The notes beneath the pieces were generated by a model, which worked only from the letters and a program-made list of their open reading frames with translations, was not told the DNA's origin and made no database searches. A program made the position numbers and the translations under genes. From an uncultured Verrucomicrobiota bacterium (lineage in GTDB: Bacteria; Verrucomicrobiota; Kiritimatiellia; JAAZAB01), in NCBI GenBank assembly GCA_964463985.1, contig CAYXEK010000007.1:3404-67403 (forward strand): 64,000 bases of DNA. Reading direction: 5' to 3'. This document shows, in pieces, positions 38,167 to 47,373 of the stretch. The stretch's first letter is position 1; every line of letters begins with the position of its first letter.

Positions 38167-38798
38167 TCAATTTCAAACATTTAGCGGGCGGGGCCGGACG
38201 GGGCCGGATCGCGCCAGGGCGTTGCGCCGGCGCGCGGGGTTTTACCATGGTGGAATTGATCGTTGCCGCGGGCATTTTCAGCCTGGTGTCGGCCGCCGTC
38301 ATCAGTATTTACCTGGTATGCCAAAGGGTCTGGCAAACCACTACCATGAATATTCACGCCGCGCGCGAAGTGAGCCTGGCTTTGAATAAGATAGTTTACG
38401 GGACTGGCACCAATCCCGGCATGCGCGCCGCCATCCGCGTTACGCTGCAAACCAATTGCAGCGGCTGGCGCACCGGCGCCGGTTATCCGCTGGCGGCCAA
38501 CAGCACCTCGCATGGAGTCAATGCGGGGGGCACGCCGGACGGCAGCTGGCGGATGATCGTCTTGAACACCAACGGCCTCCAGTGGATTGATTACAACGCC
38601 AAGGCCAGCAACCTGGTTTTCTGGCCCATCACCAATGCCGTCAACAGCCGGCTGCCGCTCGGCAATTATATAGCCGGCGCGCAAGTCGCAACCAACCCGG
38701 GCGGCGTGAACATCAGCCTTGCGGCCCGGCGCCGGCATGGGCGGATCAGCGCCGTCTACACGGCTTCAACTTTCGTGAATTTGCGCAATCAAAATTAA
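38163..38798 (+). CDS. Prepilin-type protein (GspJ-like minor pseudopilin)
   Basis: ...ARGFTMVELIVAAGIFSLVSAAV... ATGA overlap with the upstream gene. Confidence 0.75.
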   Translation: MINFKHLAGGAGRGRIAPGRCAGARGFTMVELIVAAGIFSLVSAAVISIYLVCQRVWQTTTMNIHAAREVSLALNKIVYGTGTNPGMRAAIRVTLQTNCSGWRTGAGYPLAANSTSHGVNAGGTPDGSWRMIVLNTNGLQWIDYNAKASNLVFWPITNAVNSRLPLGNYIAGAQVATNPGGVNISLAARRRHGRISAVYTASTFVNLRNQN

Positions 38799-38806
38799 AA
38801 GCACGC

Positions 38807-40492
38807 GTGTTACATGGAATGAATTCTCCATCTCAAAATTCCGGAGCGGTTTTGGTGGCGGTAGTCAGTTTTACCGCGTTGGCCGCCATTCTGGCCGCCA
38901 GCATGCTGACCGACGGCATTACGCAAATCAGCCTGGCCCGGCGCCAGGTCGCTATGGAACAGGCCTTCTACCTGGCGGAAGGCGGCGCGGAACAGGCCGT
39001 GGCCTACATCCGCAACGGCCAATCGGTGCCCGGCGTCGTTACAGGAGAATTCGTTTTCCCCAACAATGCCACCGGCAAATTCACCGCGGTGATCGTCCAG
39101 GCATTCAATACCGCCGGCGGAGGCTCAACCGGGACCAACTCCCTGGCCGGCAGCATCAACATCAATCCCAACAATTCTTCCCAGAACGAGTTCCTGCTGG
39201 TCAAGCCCGACGGCACCACCATCACCCGCGACGACCTGCAGGGCGACACCACGGTTTACACCAGCGCGCCCTGCGTGTATTACACTGGTCCGGCGGTGAT
39301 GATCCGGGTCAAACCCAAAGGCAACGGCAACCAGAACACTTTTATCGTCAACGGCGCTGTCTATCCCCTGATCAACGCCAACACTTATGACCTGGTGTCC
39401 CTGAATATGCAGGTCCAAGTGTACAACGACGGACGCAACCAGGGTAACGGGCGAGCCAACGGACAGTGGTGGCTCGGCAGCATCGCCGGCAACGATGCGA
39501 CGATCGGTGAGCAATCCGCCGCCGGCGCCGGCCCGGTCGCGCGCCAATTCACGATCTTTTCCACCGGCCGGATCGGCAGCGCCCACCGGGCAGTGATCCT
39601 GGAAGGCGTGCAGCAACAGGCCTGGTCCCGCTTCGCGTTATGGTACAACAACTCCGCGGGCCCGATCTGGATCGGCGCCGGCGAGGTTTTCAACGGGCCG
39701 GTCCACGCCAACACCATGATCTACCTCGACGGCAACCCGATCTTCAACGATTTGTTGTCTTCCACCGCGGCCTGGTGGGGGCCCGGCAGCGATTTATCCC
39801 AGGTGCAGTTCAACGGCGGCACCTGGCTGAACGCGCCGGCCGACACCATGGCCACCGTGGTGTTCAGCAACCTGCTGGCAGACGCGACGCTGACAGTCAC
39901 CGGCCAGACCTACATGACCATGGCCGGCACGAACATCTTCATCACCAACACCCGGAGGGGCTGGAACAATTACCGCCTCGCCGCGCCTTCCAACGGCCTG
40001 CTTTACGTGGACACCGCCAATTACGGGGCGGGCAAAAACGGCATCATCTATCTCGGAGGGGAACTGGACGGCCGCCTGACGGTCGTGGCGGAAGACAGCA
40101 TCCGGATCACCAATCATCTGACTTACGCGGTCCACCCGACCAACGGCTCGGACGACGCCCTGGGGCTGATAGCCCAAAATGACGTCGAGGTCCGCAATAA
40201 CGCGCCGGCCAACCTGAATGTTTTCGCGCACATCATCGCCTGCAACACCGACAACAGCACGTATGAAAGCGGGTTCTTCGTTCAGGATTACAGCACCCGT
40301 TACGGCTGCGGTTTCCTGAACGTCTATGGCGGCATTGTGGAAAACAACCGCGGCGCGGTCGGCACCACCTCCGGCAGGGGGTACACCAAGAATTACACAT
40401 ACGACGAGCGGTTCCGCACCGCGCCGCCGCCCCATTATCCGACGGTGCTGGATATCTATCAATGGGACAATTGGAGGGAAAAAGCGTTATGA
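38807..40492 (+). CDS. GspK/PilX-like large minor pilin (561 aa)
   Basis: N-terminus SGAVLVAVVSFTALAAILAASML...ARRQVAMEQAFYLAEGGAE resembles the PilX_N/GspK N-domain (no Glu5). Large Gly/Asn-rich body. Confidence 0.7.
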   Translation: MLHGMNSPSQNSGAVLVAVVSFTALAAILAASMLTDGITQISLARRQVAMEQAFYLAEGGAEQAVAYIRNGQSVPGVVTGEFVFPNNATGKFTAVIVQAFNTAGGGSTGTNSLAGSININPNNSSQNEFLLVKPDGTTITRDDLQGDTTVYTSAPCVYYTGPAVMIRVKPKGNGNQNTFIVNGAVYPLINANTYDLVSLNMQVQVYNDGRNQGNGRANGQWWLGSIAGNDATIGEQSAAGAGPVARQFTIFSTGRIGSAHRAVILEGVQQQAWSRFALWYNNSAGPIWIGAGEVFNGPVHANTMIYLDGNPIFNDLLSSTAAWWGPGSDLSQVQFNGGTWLNAPADTMATVVFSNLLADATLTVTGQTYMTMAGTNIFITNTRRGWNNYRLAAPSNGLLYVDTANYGAGKNGIIYLGGELDGRLTVVAEDSIRITNHLTYAVHPTNGSDDALGLIAQNDVEVRNNAPANLNVFAHIIACNTDNSTYESGFFVQDYSTRYGCGFLNVYGGIVENNRGAVGTTSGRGYTKNYTYDERFRTAPPPHYPTVLDIYQWDNWREKAL

Positions 40493-40869
40493 ACGGCGCA
40501 TTCAACGGCCGCCAACCGGACGCTCCCGCGCCGCTGATGATTATCGCGGCCGCGGTTTTGATCGCGGCAGGGGTGGGCGCGTCGGTCTGGACCTTGTGGC
40601 ATACCTTGCGCGCTCCTCCCGGCGCGGCGCCGGAAGCGCTGGCGGCGGCTAAGCCGGCGCCTGCCATGCCCGCCGCGGTACCCGCCCAAGCCGCGGCCCC
40701 GGCGCGGGGCGGCGAATTCACCACCGATTTTGAGCAGATGCGTCAGCGCGCACAAACCGCGCGGACGACGGCGGAAGTGCTGCGCCGCGCCAGGCGGGCC
40801 AACGCCAATTCCGCCTGGACCGAGGAAATGATCAAGGCCGTGGAACGCGGGGATGTAGCCATCCGCTGA
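40489..40869 (+). CDS. Small single-pass membrane protein (127 aa), hypothetical
   Basis: ATGA overlap with the previous stop. One TM (LMIIAAAVLIAAGVGASVW), Ala/Pro-rich linker, charged helical C-terminus. Could be a GspM/PilO-like accessory protein (inference). Confidence 0.5.
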   Translation: MNGAFNGRQPDAPAPLMIIAAAVLIAAGVGASVWTLWHTLRAPPGAAPEALAAAKPAPAMPAAVPAQAAAPARGGEFTTDFEQMRQRAQTARTTAEVLRRARRANANSAWTEEMIKAVERGDVAIR

Positions 40870-40908
40870 CGATAGGTCAGGCCGCGCGCCACAACGAACG
40901 GAAATATT

Positions 40909-41319
40909 ATGCCCGCCAAAGCGACAAGCGGATTCACCCTGGTGGAAATGATGGTAGCCGGAACGCTTTTTTTACTGTTCTGCGCGGGATTCTTCTCCGC
41001 CTACCTCGCGGCCATGGGCACGCAAAAAATGGCGGCGAATCATTATCGCGCGCTCTGCCTCGCCCGCAACCGCATTCAGCATGCGCGCGCCACGGAATAC
41101 TCCAGCCTGGAATTGCTGGCGGAATCTTCCAACGCCATTGACGCCTTCGGCAATCCCGACACGGCCGGCGGTTTTCAACGCACCACGACCATTATCCCGG
41201 CAACCAATACTCCGGCGAAGATTTCAGAATTTACCGTCCAGGTATGGTACCCGGCGCACCGCGGGCGTTTAAGCGCCGCGCCGGTGGAACAATCCACCCT
41301 GATCTCCGATCCGATGTAA
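40909..41319 (+). CDS. Prepilin-type protein (GspH/I-like)
   Basis: MPAKATSGFTLVEMMVAGTLFLLFCAGFF class-III signal. Confidence 0.8.
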   Translation: MPAKATSGFTLVEMMVAGTLFLLFCAGFFSAYLAAMGTQKMAANHYRALCLARNRIQHARATEYSSLELLAESSNAIDAFGNPDTAGGFQRTTTIIPATNTPAKISEFTVQVWYPAHRGRLSAAPVEQSTLISDPM

Positions 41320-41327
41320 GTCAAAAC

Positions 41328-43403
41328 ATGCCATTCTACCCGTCATTCATACGCAGCGGCCGGCGCGCCGGTTTCACCGCGGTGGAACTGATCATCAGCG
41401 CTTCCATCATGGCGCTGGTCATGACCGGCGCCATCGCCACTTTTGTTTACGGACTGCGCACCTGGCGCAATGAAACCATCACCAGCGAATTGCACCAGGA
41501 CCTGGAAAAAGCGATGGAACATATCCGCAACGATTTGCGGCTTTCCAGCGTGGGCGTGGGCCTGATGTCATTTTACCCTACCAATGCCGCCGAATACACC
41601 GCCATCAGTTTCCCGCTTTCCTCTCCCGCCGGCGACAACCTTTTGCGGCGGGATTTGAACACCAACAGCCCGAACTACGGACGCATCATCTGGGATCAAA
41701 CCGTGATTTACCACGTACGGCCCGGACAGCCCGATGAATTGCTGCGGACCTTATTCACGCCGCGGAACAGCAACGCCGCGCCGCATGATTTCTACACCCA
41801 ATTGCGCGCAGTGGCGCTCAGCACCGATCTCGCCGGCGTGCAGGCCGCCGCCATGGCGGGTGAAAATGCCACCAGCCGGGTGATTTTTCAGAACCTGGTA
41901 AGCATGCGCATCCGGCCGCCGGAATTGCTGTTTGACGGCTATGCCGCCTCCTACCAGCGCGCGCGCAATCTTAACTGGGGCAGCGTGGTGCTGGGCGACG
42001 GCATCAACGACCTGACCTTTACCGTAGTGGGCAAAAACACCGACAGCGCCGGCTACAAGATGGGTATTGACTGGTTTTCGCTCAGCCCCAGCGCCAGCCG
42101 GCGCGAGGGCGAGATTTTCCTGCCGGCCGATTCTCATCCGGTTTCGCCTTTCTACCGGGCCATCCTGTCCGGCGGGACGGTTTCCGCCCAGGATATGTCC
42201 CCGCACGGCGCCGGCTGGAGCGGCAACTGCCAGTTGACCTTCGACGCCGGCGCCATCGGCAACGCTATCACCTTCAAGGCCCATAACGATCTCTGGTGCG
42301 ATTCGCAGTTTGACACCCCGCCGGGCGTCATTGCCAGCAATGTCAGCCGCAAATGCGACACCAATTTCATTGCGCAGCCCCCCTATATCCCCGATTATGT
42401 CATGGACATGGACAAAGGCATAACCTGGACCGCGGAGAACGCCACGGATGGCGCGATCGGCGCCATTACGCTGACGAATGACGTCCCTGTGATCAACATC
42501 ATCTATGGCGGCAGCAGCAATGCGCCAGGCAACATCATCTACAACGGCGCCCGGGCATGCCTGAATTTCCAGGCGCCCACCAACGGCCAGCTTTTCATTG
42601 ACAACGTGAAAATCATGCAGCAATTGTCCGGCACCAATCCTGTGGCCGGCACCGTTCAGAACGTGACCTTTGCCGGCAGTTCCTGGCGCAAGGTCGGCGC
42701 GGGCGGCGAGGCTTGGAGCGATTGGATCGACTTTCCGTTCGACCGCAACGTTTCCTGCCTGGTATCTTTTCAGCTAAAAACGGACAACTTGATCCTTGCC
42801 AACGCCAGGACATGGTTGTCCACCGCCACCAACCCGCCCATGTCGTATTTGAACAATATGCCGCATAACCAGTTGATCGGTCTGGGTGCGATCGCGGTAT
42901 TGTATCCCTCCAACGCCGTCTACCTTTCCGGGATTTTTGACACCCGGCTGGCCAATCCTTCCTATCGCCTCCTTAACTGGACCCAGGTGGAGCCCTGGCC
43001 TTATGGCGACATTGACATCCGCGTGCGGTCCGGCGACCAGCGTGACTTAAGCGACGCCTGCGCATGGGATTTCTACGGCGTCAATAACGATCACAATAAC
43101 ATCGTTGGCATTTCGGGCGGTCGTTACGTTCAATACGAGGTTTTATACAACACCATCCAACCGCATACGTTAAACGCCAAACTGCGGGACGTCACAATCA
43201 GTTGGGCCGGATCCACGGGGTTGGTGGATTTAGTGGTCGGATTCGCCCGCGGGCCGGATTACGGGATCGTCAAAGCCGAAGTCAACGGACAAGCTTTCAT
43301 CAAGGGAATCGAGGTGGAAATGGAAATTTTCAAAGCCGGACCTTTCGGCACCAACCGCGTATCCGGCCTGATGGAAGTGCGGCCTTTGAATACGGGGAAA
43401 TAG
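41328..43403 (+). CDS. Giant prepilin-type protein (691 aa; GspJ-like N-terminus plus ~600-aa extra domain)
   Basis: Start ATG 41328 immediately after the upstream stop. RRAGFTAVELIISASIMALVMTGAIATF signal and helix. Remainder has no recognisable domain, possibly a lectin/adhesin beta-rich module. Confidence 0.75.
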   Translation: MPFYPSFIRSGRRAGFTAVELIISASIMALVMTGAIATFVYGLRTWRNETITSELHQDLEKAMEHIRNDLRLSSVGVGLMSFYPTNAAEYTAISFPLSSPAGDNLLRRDLNTNSPNYGRIIWDQTVIYHVRPGQPDELLRTLFTPRNSNAAPHDFYTQLRAVALSTDLAGVQAAAMAGENATSRVIFQNLVSMRIRPPELLFDGYAASYQRARNLNWGSVVLGDGINDLTFTVVGKNTDSAGYKMGIDWFSLSPSASRREGEIFLPADSHPVSPFYRAILSGGTVSAQDMSPHGAGWSGNCQLTFDAGAIGNAITFKAHNDLWCDSQFDTPPGVIASNVSRKCDTNFIAQPPYIPDYVMDMDKGITWTAENATDGAIGAITLTNDVPVINIIYGGSSNAPGNIIYNGARACLNFQAPTNGQLFIDNVKIMQQLSGTNPVAGTVQNVTFAGSSWRKVGAGGEAWSDWIDFPFDRNVSCLVSFQLKTDNLILANARTWLSTATNPPMSYLNNMPHNQLIGLGAIAVLYPSNAVYLSGIFDTRLANPSYRLLNWTQVEPWPYGDIDIRVRSGDQRDLSDACAWDFYGVNNDHNNIVGISGGRYVQYEVLYNTIQPHTLNAKLRDVTISWAGSTGLVDLVVGFARGPDYGIVKAEVNGQAFIKGIEVEMEIFKAGPFGTNRVSGLMEVRPLNTGK

Positions 43404-43422
43404 ATGTCAGAAAGGAACAGCC

Positions 43423-44523
43423 ATGTCAAATAACACTTTGCGGCGCAACCGCGCCGGCCGCCGCGGCTCGGCGCTGGTGACGGTCATGTGCGTATCGGCG
43501 GTGCTGCTGCTGGCCAGCATGGTGATGGCTTACATCACCCGGCAGTCGGTGGCGCGAGCCCAGCGGATCAACACCGGCGCGCGGGCCCTAGCCGTCGCGG
43601 AAGCCGGCATTGCGGGCATGATCTCGCTGCTGAGCACCAATTACAACATGTGGCGGAACACCAACCACAGCGCCCAGTTTGGCGGCGGCTACTTTACCGT
43701 CAACAGCCTGACGCAATCCAACGGCAACGTGCTGCTGGTCAGCACCGGCGTGGTTGGCAGCGTGGCGCGCTCAACGATCATGGAACTGCTCGGCACTTAC
43801 CAGGACTGGAATGATTCGCTGTTTCAACTGGACGGCGTCATCCTGGCCGGCGGCGATGTGCGTTTTTCATCGGCCGCCTACGAAATCAACGGCAATGTGC
43901 ATGCCAACGGCAGCGTGATCGCCAACGGCGGCGCGAAAAACGGTGACTTCATCAGCAATGCGGTCATCACGGCTGTAGGCTCGGTCGCCGATTTGAACAA
44001 TGTTGACGCCACCAACGAAATCTCCGGCGCGCCCTTGCGGGTGCTGCCGACGTTCGATTTCGACAGCTACCGGCAACTGGCCATTTCCAACGGTTTGTAT
44101 TACAGCAATTCCATGACTTTCAACGGCTGGAATGCCTGGCCGTCCAACGGGGTGGTCTATGTCAATGGCGATGTGGTGATCGCCAATCACAGTTCTCTGG
44201 TGGGCACGCTCGTGGCCAACGGCAACATCCAGGTGCAGAATAATTTCACTCAGACCAATTTTCCGGGACAAACCAACTGGCCTTCCGTGATGAGCACCGG
44301 CAACGTCACGCTGCAAAACAAAGAGGATTATTACGGCATCATTTATGCCGCTTTGAATGTCAGCATCCAGAACAACATCACCTGCTATGGCGGCATTATC
44401 AGCGGCGGTTACACCGAGATTCAGAACCACGGCACCATGAACCAGCCGCCCGGCTACCCACCCTGGGACCCGCTCAATCCCTCCGTACCCCCGGAAGTCA
44501 TCGTCGGCGGCTGGCTGAAGTAA
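43423..44523 (+). CDS. GspK/PilX-like minor pilin (366 aa) with beta-solenoid-like Asn/Gly repeats
   Basis: RRGSALVTVMCVSAVLLLASMVMAYITRQSVARAQRINTGARALAVAEAG N-domain. Repeated NGNVxANGSVIANGG units. Confidence 0.7.
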   Translation: MSNNTLRRNRAGRRGSALVTVMCVSAVLLLASMVMAYITRQSVARAQRINTGARALAVAEAGIAGMISLLSTNYNMWRNTNHSAQFGGGYFTVNSLTQSNGNVLLVSTGVVGSVARSTIMELLGTYQDWNDSLFQLDGVILAGGDVRFSSAAYEINGNVHANGSVIANGGAKNGDFISNAVITAVGSVADLNNVDATNEISGAPLRVLPTFDFDSYRQLAISNGLYYSNSMTFNGWNAWPSNGVVYVNGDVVIANHSSLVGTLVANGNIQVQNNFTQTNFPGQTNWPSVMSTGNVTLQNKEDYYGIIYAALNVSIQNNITCYGGIISGGYTEIQNHGTMNQPPGYPPWDPLNPSVPPEVIVGGWLK

Positions 44524-44773
44524 GCGCAAGCCGGCTTTGCCGCAGCAGCGTCAGCGCTTTGCGCCCGCGCGCCGGCGGTTGGCATTGATCGGCAAGATAG
44601 AGGCATCTTCCGTTGGCGCATGCCGTTACGCGACAGTTTGACGCAGAGCGCCGGTCGGCCATATTACGTGTAAAATTCATGCGGAGTGGTTGCGGGAAAA
44701 TTGCTCTTGTGCTAGTATTCTTTTTTTGACGCGCTTCAGGCGCGGCATGCACGGCATCCGCCAAGGAGTCAAC

Positions 44774-45790
44774 ATGAGCCGACAAATCGCCCGCGACGCC
44801 ATCAATCTCAAACCCACGCCGCGCATCGCCCATACGGAATATTCGCTGGCGCATCACAAGGAATACGTTGCCAGGCTCCAGCCGCAATCCATCCTGGACG
44901 CCTGGGATATTGACTTCCCGTTCACCACCAATAACGGCCCCATCCGCTGGGCGGACGCCGGACGCGTCACCGACATGGGCCATGCCGGCTATGACGTGGA
45001 CGGCAGCGATTTCCGGCCGGTGGGCGATTGCCCGTTTACCGACGCGGAAGAGATTTACGAGTTCGATCCGGCGCGGGAATACGGTCTGCCCGGACACCGC
45101 GAACTGGTAAAATTTTATGAGGAGGCGCACCAGGCCCGCAACGCGTCGAATCCCAACCAACTCTGGCCGGGCGGTTATTATCCGACGGTCGTTTCCGGCG
45201 CCATTCAATCATTCGGCTGGGATATGCTGCTGCTGGCCGCCGCCGACCTGGAGCGCTTCGCCGAAGTCCTGCGCCGGTTTGCCGCCTATACCGCGCATTA
45301 CGTCGCCGCCTGGGCGGAAACTTCCATCGAGGTGTTCATCCAACACGACGACATGGTCTGGAGCGACGGGCCGTTCCTGCGCCCCGATTTTTACCGCGGC
45401 GTGATCTTCCCGCTGTACAAATCCATGTGGGCGCCGCTGAAAAAAGCCGGCAAGAAAATCATGTACTGCTCCGACGGCACCTTCGACATGTTCATGGAAG
45501 ACATCCTGGACTGCGGGGCCGACGGCCTGATTTTCGAGCCATCCAATGACTTCGCCGGGGTGGTCCGGCGTTTCGGCCGCCGCTGCTGCCTGGTGGGCAG
45601 CAAGGTGGATTGCCGCACCCTGGCCGCGGGCAACTGGGACAAGGTCAAGCAGGAAATGGACGATACCCTGGCGCTGGCCCGCGATTGCGCGGGACTGATC
45701 TGGGCGGTGGGCAACCACCTGGCGCCCAACATTTCCGATGAAATGATGGACCTGTACATCAACTACCTGCGCCGGCACTGGCAGCGCTGA
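44774..45790 (+). CDS. Uroporphyrinogen decarboxylase (URO-D/MtaA) family protein, paralog 2
   Basis: ATG 44774 with AAGGAG Shine-Dalgarno. TIM-barrel family features (KKIMYCSDGTFDMFMEDILDCGADGLIFEP). Confidence 0.8.
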   Translation: MSRQIARDAINLKPTPRIAHTEYSLAHHKEYVARLQPQSILDAWDIDFPFTTNNGPIRWADAGRVTDMGHAGYDVDGSDFRPVGDCPFTDAEEIYEFDPAREYGLPGHRELVKFYEEAHQARNASNPNQLWPGGYYPTVVSGAIQSFGWDMLLLAAADLERFAEVLRRFAAYTAHYVAAWAETSIEVFIQHDDMVWSDGPFLRPDFYRGVIFPLYKSMWAPLKKAGKKIMYCSDGTFDMFMEDILDCGADGLIFEPSNDFAGVVRRFGRRCCLVGSKVDCRTLAAGNWDKVKQEMDDTLALARDCAGLIWAVGNHLAPNISDEMMDLYINYLRRHWQR

Positions 45791-45796
45791 GGGCGG

Positions 45797-46607
45797 CTAT
45801 CTCCGCCCGCGCAGGATTTTCAGCGCCGCATCCACGCCGGCGTTTTCATGCACCAGCGCGCAGATGGCGCGCGTCATGCGCACCGGCGTGGCATGGCCGA
45901 AGGCATTGCGCCCCACCGCCACGCCGCTGCCGCCGGCGTCCAGGGAGTCGCGGATGATCTGCAGCAGCATGCGATCATCCGTCAGCTTTTCCCCGCCGGC
46001 AATCACCACCGGGATCGGACAGCCGGCCACCACTTTCTCGAACGATTTGGCCGACCCGGTATAGGTCACCTTGACGATATCCGCTCCCAGTTCCGCCGCA
46101 ATGCGCGCGGCATGCCGGACGCTGTCGGGATCGCTCTCGGACTTGATTTTCTTGCCGCGCGCGTACATCATCGCCAACAGGGGCATGCCCCACTCCATGC
46201 ATTGCACCGCAACCTGCCCCAAGTCGCGCAGCATGACCGATTCGTTCTCCGCGCCGATATTGATGTGCACACTGACGGCGTCGGCGCCGAATTTCAAGGC
46301 ATTTTCCACCGTGTTCACCAGCACCTTGGCGTTGGGATCGGGGCTCCAGACCGTGCTCCCGGAAAGGTGCAGGATCAAGCCCACATCCTTGCCCTGCCGG
46401 CGATGGCCGTGCAACGGCAGGCCGATATGCCCCAGCACCGCATTTGCGCCGCCTTCAGCAACGGCATTCACCATATCGCGCATGTTTTCGATGCCGGGTA
46501 TCGGGCCGACCGTCACCCCGTGGTCCATCGGCACAATGACCGCGCGCATGGTATCGCGGTTGATGATCCGCTCCAACCTGATCAACTTGCCTGGCATGAA
46601 TCCCATA
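45797..46607 (-). CDS. Class I aldolase of the DhnA/LsrF/AroA' (DeoC/FbaB) family
   Basis: Start ATG 46607 with GGGAGG Shine-Dalgarno. VKVTYTGS Schiff-base-Lys region. Family-typical length of ~270 aa. Confidence 0.8.
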
Positions 46608-46774
46608 TTAAAATTCCTCCCAAAAAAACGGACCGAATCTTCAGAGCCAACCGGCGCTCCCGCCGGCCGGATAAGCGCATTTACCCTTGGTGGTTCGCCG
46701 GCAACTGCATGCCCATGGCGCAATAGGTCGGAGGGGTAAAACATCCTGCGGCTGAAGTCACATCGGCGCGGCGC

Positions 46775-47218
46775 TTACTGGTTTTTCAACAAATCCTGCA
46801 AGTGCTGAACGTAGGCAGCCGCCCCGCCGCGCTGGTACCCGGTCTGGGCAATCACTTCTCCGCCGGCTTTCAGCAACAGGATGGTAGGAAAGCCGCGAAT
46901 CTGGTATTTCCTGAGCAGGCTTTCGTTCTGCTTCCTTTCAGCCTCCGGTAATTGCCTGTCGCGCGGAAAATCCGCCTTGAACAACACCAGGTTGTCCTTG
47001 GCAAAATCCTGGAATTCCTTTTGCGTAAAAACTTCTTCTTTAAGCTTGAAGCACCAGCCGCACCAATCCGATCCGGTAAAATCCACCAGGATAGGACGCT
47101 TGAGTTCCGCCGCCTTTTGCCTGGCTTTCTCAAAGTCCGTGAGCCAGCCATCCGCCGCCGAAGCCATTCCTGCCAGCAATATTCCCGCCAGGACCAAGCC
47201 GATCATATTTTTTTGCAT
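46775..47218 (-). CDS. Thioredoxin-fold protein (secreted, WCGWC active site)
   Basis: Signal peptide MQKNMIGLVLAGILLAGMASAA and CGWC motif. Start ATG 47218 with GGGGAG Shine-Dalgarno. Confidence 0.8.
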   Translation of the reverse strand: MQKNMIGLVLAGILLAGMASAADGWLTDFEKARQKAAELKRPILVDFTGSDWCGWCFKLKEEVFTQKEFQDFAKDNLVLFKADFPRDRQLPEAERKQNESLLRKYQIRGFPTILLLKAGGEVIAQTGYQRGGAAAYVQHLQDLLKNQ

Positions 47219-47373
47219 TGTTATCTCCCCTGTCGAACATGATTCAATCAACCGATTCGTTATATATAGTGACAAACCCCCGCCGGCATGTCAAGCCCGC
47301 CCGCGCCCCCGATCCGGGCGCAGGGAAAACATTGAAGGCCTGTAGTGCGCCGTTGCCTGGAGCAATCCGGATT

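Noticed and set aside
38181-38738. 185-aa minus-strand ORF plus ORFs at 39125-39616, 39794-40462, 41751-42623 and 43867-44529 inside the pilin cluster
   Set aside because: Antisense to pilin genes that carry class-III signal peptides.
44498-45208. 236-aa minus-strand ORF and 45848-46726 plus-strand 292-aa ORF
   Set aside because: Antisense to the URO-D paralog 2 and the aldolase respectively. No domains.
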